From NCBI GenBank assembly GCA_040386535.1, contig JAZKFH010000074.1, positions 1-26,783 on the forward strand: DNA of 26,783 nucleotides. Reading direction: 5' to 3'. The stretch's first letter is position 1, and each line of letters starts with the position of its first letter. The stretch is from Myxococcota bacterium. Its GTDB lineage: Bacteria; Myxococcota_A; UBA796; SXON01. Below, piece by piece: positions 20,739-26,783 of this stretch. Below the pieces are notes generated by a model that worked only from the letters and a program-made list of their open reading frames with translations, did no database searches and was not told the origin of the DNA. A program made the position numbers and the translations under genes.

Positions 20739-21761
20739 ATGAGCTGGAGGTCTGCCGTCGTTTCCGGGCTCGCGCTCGTGGTGGGCTGCGTCGGCCCCGA
20801 AACCAACGTCGAGCCGCTGTCCGAGACGCCCATGTCCGACACGCCCGCCCCGGACTCCGGCGCCGGAGACACCGCCGCACCCGAGGACACCGACGCCCTC
20901 CCCGGCGAGTACATCTACGACGAGGAGGAGAACGCCGGCGCGCTCCTCACCCCGGACGATGTCTCCGCCGCCCTCACCGAGGCGCTGGGCGTCTTCCTCA
21001 CCGATCTGGACCCCTTCCTCGTGCTCGCCGCGGTCGACGCCGCAGTGTCCTTCGAGGACGCGGGGTGCCCCTACTACTACACCGATTACTACCCGCTCTA
21101 CGGCTACTACTACTGGTACGGTGGCTGTGACACGGACGCGGGCACCTCGTTCGACGGGTACCTGTACGGCATCCACTACGACCCGTTCACGTCGTCCGGC
21201 TACTACTACTCGGACTACGGCTGGTGGTACGGGGACGGTGCGGTGGAGCGATCCGACGGGCAGTCGCTCGAGATCTCCGGTTACTGGTCGATGTACAAGT
21301 GGGAATACTACACACCCGCGTCGACCTACCTGTACGTCTATGCCTACGGCGAGGCGTCCTGGGCTGGGGCCGCGTACCGGGACACGTGGCTGGCCGACTC
21401 CGCGAGCATCTCCTACACGATGACCGGCGCCTTCGATCCAACTCTCGGCGCCTGGTTGCAGGTCGACGGCGGGGTGGCCGGGCTCTCCACCGCCACGGAC
21501 AGCCTCTGGTTCGACGGCGTGTTCATGGCAACCACCGGGCAGGGCTCGTCCTGTCCCGCCGAACCCTCGGGCACCATCTCGGTGCGCGACGCCGCCGGTG
21601 AGTGGTACGACGTCGAGTTCCAGGGCCCGGCCTACGCGGGCGCCGCGTCGTTTCCGCCCGAGTGTGACGGCTGCGGCGACGTGTGGTACCGCGGCACCAA
21701 CATCGGCCAGGCCTGCCCCGATCTGTCGGGCATGACCACGTGGGAGGGTTCGCCATGGTGA
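20739..21761 (+). CDS. Tyr/Gly-rich, Cys-containing lipoprotein of unknown function (340 aa)
   Basis: GGAGG RBS; lipobox VVGC; acidic linker; aromatic-rich beta pattern; stop overlaps the next gene. Confidence 0.85.
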   Translation: MSWRSAVVSGLALVVGCVGPETNVEPLSETPMSDTPAPDSGAGDTAAPEDTDALPGEYIYDEEENAGALLTPDDVSAALTEALGVFLTDLDPFLVLAAVDAAVSFEDAGCPYYYTDYYPLYGYYYWYGGCDTDAGTSFDGYLYGIHYDPFTSSGYYYSDYGWWYGDGAVERSDGQSLEISGYWSMYKWEYYTPASTYLYVYAYGEASWAGAAYRDTWLADSASISYTMTGAFDPTLGAWLQVDGGVAGLSTATDSLWFDGVFMATTGQGSSCPAEPSGTISVRDAAGEWYDVEFQGPAYAGAASFPPECDGCGDVWYRGTNIGQACPDLSGMTTWEGSPW

Positions 21762-23416
21762 TGCTCCTCGCGCTTGCCTGCGTGCAGGACCTGGGCGTCG
21801 CGCCGTCGGGAGACCGGAGCGGAGACGGGCCCGTCGTCAACGATCCTCCGGCGGAGGAGCCCGTGGCTCCCGACACCGACGGCCCCGATCTGCTCGGCGT
21901 CACCGGCGCGCTCGCCCGTGCCAGCCTCGATCTGCGCGGCATCCGGCCCTCCCTGGCGGAGCTCGCCGCCGTCGAGGCCGACCCCACCGCCTACGACGCG
22001 CTCGTCGCGTCCTACCTGCAGGACGAGCGCTTCGGCGAGCGCGTGCGCGACCTCTTCTCGGAGATCTACCTCACCCGGCAGGACGCCTACTACGTCTACG
22101 CCGCGGAGTTCGGCCTCGCCGACCAGGCGGCGTTCGTCGCCTCGGTGGGGGAGGAGCCCCTGCGCATCCTCTCCACGATCGCGGTCGAGGATCTGCCCTA
22201 CTCCGACATCGTCACCGCCGACTGGACCATGGCCGACCCCGTGCTCGGCACGGCGTTCCCCGTGGACTATCCGGACGGCGGCGAGGGCTGGCAGAAGGTC
22301 CGGTACACCGACGGTCGTCCGCACGCGGGCGTGCTCTCCACCAACGGGATGTGGTGGCGGTACATGACCAACGCGTCCAACCTGAACCGCGGTCGTGCCA
22401 ACGCGGTCAGCCGCATCCTGTTGTGCAACGACTACCTCTCACGCCCGATCGAGTTCGACCGCAACGTCAACCTGCTCGACTCGGACGCGTTGGAGGACGC
22501 GCTCAAGAACAACCCGGGCTGCGTGGCGTGTCACAACACCCTCGACCCGCTCGCCTCCTACTTCTTCGGCTTCTACGCATTCGATTATGCGAGCAAGTTG
22601 GACATCACGTACTACCACCCCGAGCGGGAGCAGTATTGGCGTGACACCAACGAGGTCGCGCCGGGCTACTACGGCGAGCCGGGCTACACGCTGACGGACC
22701 TCGGCGAGCAGATCGCCGCCGATCCGCGCCTGCCCGAGTGTGTCACCGAGCAGGTCTACGAATTGCTCCTGCAGCGGGAGTCCACGTTGGATGACACCGC
22801 GGCGCTCTCCGCTCACCGCGAGGATCTGCTCGCCGGCGGCCTGACGCTCCGGGCGTTGTTCGGCTCGGTCATGCGCGCGGACGCCTACCGCGAGGGCCGC
22901 GGCGCCGACGGCACCTTCCAGGCGAAGATGCTCTCGGTCGACCAGCTCGGCACCGTGCTCGAGGACCTCACCGGGTTCCGCTTCACCTACCAGGGCTACG
23001 ATCTGCTCGGCAGCGACTCCTACGGCGTGCGCACCCTGGCGGGCGGGGTGGACGGCGTGTACGCGACCCGCCCGGCCACCCAACCCACGGCCACGTCCGT
23101 GTTGGTCACCGCGCGTGTTGCCCAGGCCGCCGCCTGGCACGTCGCCACGAGCGATCGCGCCGCCCCAGACACCGCGCGCCTCTTCACCGTCGTGGACTTC
23201 TCCGAAACGCCGCAGAGCGACCGGGACCTGATGGCAAGCCAGCTCCAGCTGCTCCACCTGCGTTTGTACGGCCTGCACGTCGCGGCGGACGGCCCCGAGA
23301 TCGAGGCCAACCTCGCCTTGTGGGAGGACCTGTACGCCATCGAGGGGGACAAGTTGGCCGCGTGGGCCGGCGTGCTCTCCGTGCTCCTCCGCGACCCCCA
23401 ATTCCTGTTCTATTGA
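21755..23416 (+). CDS. Heme c lipoprotein of the DUF1549/DUF1588/DUF1585-like (planctomycete cytochrome-associated) class
   Basis: Lipobox LALAC; RASLDLRGIRPS, HAGVLST and CVACH..LDP motifs; immediately upstream of a DUF1501 gene. The exact DUF assignment is from motif recall. Confidence 0.8.
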   Translation: MVMLLALACVQDLGVAPSGDRSGDGPVVNDPPAEEPVAPDTDGPDLLGVTGALARASLDLRGIRPSLAELAAVEADPTAYDALVASYLQDERFGERVRDLFSEIYLTRQDAYYVYAAEFGLADQAAFVASVGEEPLRILSTIAVEDLPYSDIVTADWTMADPVLGTAFPVDYPDGGEGWQKVRYTDGRPHAGVLSTNGMWWRYMTNASNLNRGRANAVSRILLCNDYLSRPIEFDRNVNLLDSDALEDALKNNPGCVACHNTLDPLASYFFGFYAFDYASKLDITYYHPEREQYWRDTNEVAPGYYGEPGYTLTDLGEQIAADPRLPECVTEQVYELLLQRESTLDDTAALSAHREDLLAGGLTLRALFGSVMRADAYREGRGADGTFQAKMLSVDQLGTVLEDLTGFRFTYQGYDLLGSDSYGVRTLAGGVDGVYATRPATQPTATSVLVTARVAQAAAWHVATSDRAAPDTARLFTVVDFSETPQSDRDLMASQLQLLHLRLYGLHVAADGPEIEANLALWEDLYAIEGDKLAAWAGVLSVLLRDPQFLFY

Positions 23417-23426
23417 GGAGGGCCCG

Positions 23427-24692
23427 ATGCTGACCCGCCGCAACCTCCTCCGCGCCTCCTCCGGCCTCGCCGGCGCCGCAGGGCTGGGCCTCCTCGGCCT
23501 CCCCACCCGCGCGTTCGCCGCCGCCTCCGGCAGCCAACTCAAGTTCCTGTTCGTGATGAACTACGGCGGGTGGGATCCAACTCGGGTGTTCGCCTCCGAG
23601 TTCGCCAACCCCAACGTCGACATGGAGCGCGGCGCCGACGAGGCCACCCTGGGCGACCTCCGCTTCGTCGACCACGCCGCCCGCCCCAGCGTCCGCACCT
23701 TCTTCGAGAAGTATGCCGAGCGGAGCGTGATCTTCAACGGCCTCCTCGTCCCGTCCGTAGCGCACGACAACTGTCTGCGCATCGCGCTGACCGGCTCCAC
23801 CGCCCAGGATCGGTCCGACTGGGGTGCGATCATGGCGGGCAGCCGCAGCGCCGACTTCCCCATCCCCCAGGTGGTCGTGGGGGGCCCCTCCTACCCCGGC
23901 GAGTTCGGCGCCTTCGTCACGCGCACCGGTACCAGCGGCCAGATCGAGGGCCTCCTGTCCGGCGACATCGCCGCCTGGAGCGACATCCCCGTCGGCCGCC
24001 CCGCCGCGCGCGCGGACGATGTCATGGACGCCTACCTCGCCCGCCGCTTCTCCGCGGCCGCCGACTTCGCGCGCCCCGGCCGGGAGGCCGCATTGCGCCA
24101 GGGATTGGAGGTCGCGCTCGACCGCTCCCGCTACCTCAAGGACCTGCTGAACCTCGTCACCTGGAACACGTCCAGCTTCGCCGGCCAGATGCGCCTCGCG
24201 ACGGACCTGCTCGCGCTCCAGGTGTCGCGCGTCGCCACGCTCTCGTTCTCGTCCGGCGGTTGGGACACCCACGCCGCCAACGACGCCGGCCAGTCCGCCA
24301 ACTTCGAGTCCCTGTTCTCCCACCTCAACGATCTCGTCGCGCTCCTGGAGGAGCAGCCCGGCGAGTCCACGGCCACGCTCGCCGACGAGACCGTGATCGT
24401 GGTGCTCTCGGAGATGGGGCGCACCCCGCTCCTGAACGCCAATCAGGGCAAGGACCACTGGCCGTACACCAGCGCGCTCGTGATGGGCCCCGGGCTCGTG
24501 GGCGGCCGTGTCATCGGCGGGTACGACAGCTACTACTACGGCCGCACCGTCGATCCCACCTCGGGCGACCTCCACGACGGCGGCACCAGCCTCTCCTCCG
24601 AGGTGTTGGGCGCCACGCTGCTCACCCTCGCGGGGGTCGATCCGGCCGAGTACACGCCGGGGGTCAGCGCGGTGACGGCGGTGATTGCGTAG
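23427..24692 (+). CDS. DUF1501 family protein with Tat signal peptide
   Basis: GAGGAGG RBS; TRRNLL twin-arginine signal; GGWD, GGWDTH, SEMGRTP and GKDHW motifs. Confidence 0.9.
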   Translation: MLTRRNLLRASSGLAGAAGLGLLGLPTRAFAAASGSQLKFLFVMNYGGWDPTRVFASEFANPNVDMERGADEATLGDLRFVDHAARPSVRTFFEKYAERSVIFNGLLVPSVAHDNCLRIALTGSTAQDRSDWGAIMAGSRSADFPIPQVVVGGPSYPGEFGAFVTRTGTSGQIEGLLSGDIAAWSDIPVGRPAARADDVMDAYLARRFSAAADFARPGREAALRQGLEVALDRSRYLKDLLNLVTWNTSSFAGQMRLATDLLALQVSRVATLSFSSGGWDTHAANDAGQSANFESLFSHLNDLVALLEEQPGESTATLADETVIVVLSEMGRTPLLNANQGKDHWPYTSALVMGPGLVGGRVIGGYDSYYYGRTVDPTSGDLHDGGTSLSSEVLGATLLTLAGVDPAEYTPGVSAVTAVIA

Positions 24693-24727
24693 CCGGCGCC
24701 TCCGTCCAACAACGCCGCACCTGACCG

Positions 24728-25390
24728 TCAGGTGGCGAGTTGCTTGACGCCCCGGACCATCCACGCCGCGTCGCGCTCGTTCGGGAGCGCGGGCCGGGCC
24801 CGCCGATCGACGCGCCCCACCGCGACCATCGGCGGCAACATCGCGTCCGGATAGTGGTAGGTGAGCGCCACGGCGTACATCGGCCCGCCGGGTGGCACGC
24901 GCTTCGGGATGGCCGCCACCAGCGCCGCCACGGCGTCCGCGTACACCCGCGCGTCGGGCTCGCCCTTTCGTTCCACGAGCCGCCCCCCATCGAACCGATA
25001 GAGCTCCACCCGAACCGGTAGCCGCGGCTCGAACGCCGTGTATGTGACACCGATGCGGAGCGGCTCATCCGCGTGCCAGAACGTATCGGCAACCCACCGC
25101 GTGGGCGCCGCGCCGGGCCCCTCGTAGGCGGCGGGCGGCCGCACGACCACCTCCTGCTCCCAGATCGTCGCCCCCGACTTCGCGCGCACCGTGACGTGGT
25201 GCGACCCCTCCGGCGCGGCCGCGTACACCTTCGGCCGCCGCCGTCCCAACTCCCGGTGCGGGTGCGGGTCGTCGAGGCGGTCGGCGGACCACGCGCGGGA
25301 GTTGGTCGCGGCCGTGGCGGCGGCGAGGAGCATTTCGTAGCGCTCGAAGGCGGCGCGCCACTCGGCGAGGGCGCGGTCGAGGAGGGGCAT
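24728..25390 (-). CDS. Hypothetical protein (220 aa)
   Basis: GGAGG 8 nt before the ATG; fills the gap convergent with the DUF1501 gene; normal amino-acid composition; no recognised motif. Confidence 0.55.
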   Translation of the reverse strand: MPLLDRALAEWRAAFERYEMLLAAATAATNSRAWSADRLDDPHPHRELGRRRPKVYAAAPEGSHHVTVRAKSGATIWEQEVVVRPPAAYEGPGAAPTRWVADTFWHADEPLRIGVTYTAFEPRLPVRVELYRFDGGRLVERKGEPDARVYADAVAALVAAIPKRVPPGGPMYAVALTYHYPDAMLPPMVAVGRVDRRARPALPNERDAAWMVRGVKQLAT

Positions 25391-25408
25391 GGGGGCGCCC
25401 TCCGGCCA

Positions 25409-25556
25409 CCGGCCGAACTCGCCGGATGCACACTCATCCCCTCACTTCGGGCGCTATATCCGTCCGAGGTCGCCGGATGCACGCCCATCCCCTGACTTCG
25501 GACGGTATATCCGTCCGAACTCGCCGGATGCGCACTCATCCCCTCACTTGGGTCGG
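25409..25556 (+). repeat. Array of three 46-nt hairpins, 51-bp period
   Basis: Units at 25409, 25460 and 25511: ccgtccga..-ggatg-N6-catcc-..cttcggacgg with tatat linkers. Confidence 0.9.
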
Positions 25557-25679
25557 TGTGTCCGCCCCAACCCGGTGCACCCCCGTCGACGCGGTCGTTT
25601 GTATACGAATGCCCCCGGGCGCCCTGTCTCTCCTGCTCTCGCGGTGCGCCCACTTCGCTCGAGCGCGAACGCACGACTA

Positions 25680-26045
25680 TCAGTCCATGAACCACTCAAT
25701 TCCGTCCCCGGGATCTGTAGCCAGGATCAGGACCAGCGAAGCCAACCCGACCCAGAACACGGCGTTTGCCCAAGCGGCCAGCGAACGGCTGACCACGTCG
25801 TTTTCTTTGGGGGCAATCACGAGCCAACCCATCGTGAGCGCCAGGGAGCTTGGCGCACCCAGGAGGAACATCAATTCGAGCGGAAACCCGATGACAGGGG
25901 GCGATGCATCGTTGAATCGCGGCAAGCGCCCGTGGTGAATCGTCATCGCGAGCACAAGGACTGTATACGCGAGGGATGTGGCGAGGGGCACGAGCGCCAA
26001 CGCCAGCCGAACAGCAGCAGTTCCGTGGGCGAGACGTAGCGACAT
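25680..26045 (-). CDS. Small 3-TM membrane protein (121 aa) with lower GC content
   Basis: Three hydrophobic segments; C-terminus DPGDGIEWFMD; TGcTACCCT extended -10 ends 6 nt before the ATG; more A/T-ending codons than neighbouring genes. Confidence 0.7.
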   Translation of the reverse strand: MSLRLAHGTAAVRLALALVPLATSLAYTVLVLAMTIHHGRLPRFNDASPPVIGFPLELMFLLGAPSSLALTMGWLVIAPKENDVVSRSLAAWANAVFWVGLASLVLILATDPGDGIEWFMD

Positions 26046-26113
26046 GGGCCGAGGGTAGCACGGCCCGGTCCCTCACACACACGCGGCGGCCGTTCGTGTC
26101 ACCAAATCAAGCA

Positions 26114-26302
26114 TCGGGCGCGTCCCCCGCCGAGGCGGCGGCGGCCGGGCGTCTTCCGGGGTCGGCCTTCGGCCTCCGTCCGCCCGCCGCGTGCGGGCGG
26201 ACCCGCGCGGGCTCGTGGCATCACCGCGGCCTCCGCCCCGCAGCGAAAGCGCGGCCCGCGCGCCCTCCAGCCTCCCTCGCGCGGGGTGGCGGCGAGCGGT
26301 GG
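26114..26302 (+). repeat. ~190-bp dispersed repeat, copy 3
   Basis: Closely similar to 14513-14702; gtcaccaaatc lies just upstream, as at 17281. Confidence 0.9.
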
Positions 26303-26317
26303 CGTGGCAACACCCCG

Positions 26318-26465
26318 GGTGCGCAACCCCGCGGGTGACCCACCACCCTCCGACTTCCGCACCCCCGGGGTGCTCAACCGCCAGGGTGACGCCCCACCCT
26401 CCCCGTTCGTCACCCCCCAGGTGCGCAACCGCCGGGGTGACAGGCCACCCTCCACGTTCCGCACC
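26318..26465 (+). repeat. Array of three 46-nt hairpins, 51-bp period (GGGTG/CACCC variant)
   Basis: Units at 26318, 26369 and 26420: ggtgcgcaa-N6-gggtg-N6-caccc-N6-ttccgcacc. Confidence 0.85.
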
Positions 26466-26486
26466 ACAAGCTACACCCAGGGCCGG

Positions 26487-26783
26487 GCCAGGCGCCCGGC
26501 GGGCGCCCGCTCGGCGGGCGGTCCCGGCGCCGCGCCGGACCAGGGGCCCGCTCCTCAATAATGTCCGCATTCGGCCGCCCCTGGGCTCGCGTCCGCGGCG
26601 TCGCTCGTCGGTCACATGCCTACGGGCATGCTCCCTCCTCGCTCCTTGCGGCCGCGGCCCAGGGTCGCCCCGCGCCAGGCGCCCGGCGGGCGCCCGCTCG
26701 GCGGGCGGTCCCGGCGCCGCGCCGGACCAGGGGCCCGCTCCTCAATAATGTCCGCATTCGGCCGCCCCTGGGCTCGCGTCCGC
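26487..26783. repeat. 187-bp tandem repeat with internal stem-loop; second copy truncated by the window end
   Basis: The sequence from 26487 recurs identically from 26674 to the end. Contains a ccctgggc...gcccaggg closing stem and a catgcc-tacg-ggcatg hairpin. Confidence 0.9.

Noticed and set aside
25560..25680. attC site downstream of the low-GC membrane gene
   Set aside because: No RYYYAAC...GTTRRRY pair with matching inner boxes was found, and no integron integrase is in the window.

Overview
Very GC-rich bacterial DNA, most likely from the Myxococcota (inferred from three MYXO-CTERM-type C-termini, an Asp-Thr-repeat lipoprotein and a DUF1501 operon). About 21 plausible protein genes: a membrane Ser/Thr kinase, a secreted catalase plus ankyrin (katB-ankB), an FG-GAP lipoprotein, a divergent TetR/SDR pair with three operators, two tandem MYXO-CTERM paralogs, a beta-helix surface protein, a cytochrome c / heme protein / DUF1501 operon and several hypothetical proteins. 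No rRNA, tRNA, CRISPR array or transposase was recognised. Two observations stand out. (1) An FtsH-like membrane AAA+ ATPase lacks the M41 protease domain, ends instead in a short Sm/Hfq-like beta domain, and overlaps a site-2 (M50) protease gene by TGATG, suggesting a split ATP-driven membrane proteolysis module. (2) The intergenic DNA holds several structured repeats. One family of 46-nt hairpins (14 full copies plus one half copy) keeps the same length and AA/TT anchor positions in most copies while the stem sequences differ with compensatory changes. These hairpins mostly form triplet arrays, often downstream of a dispersed ~190-bp element. All calls are by eye from the sequence; no database searches were run.
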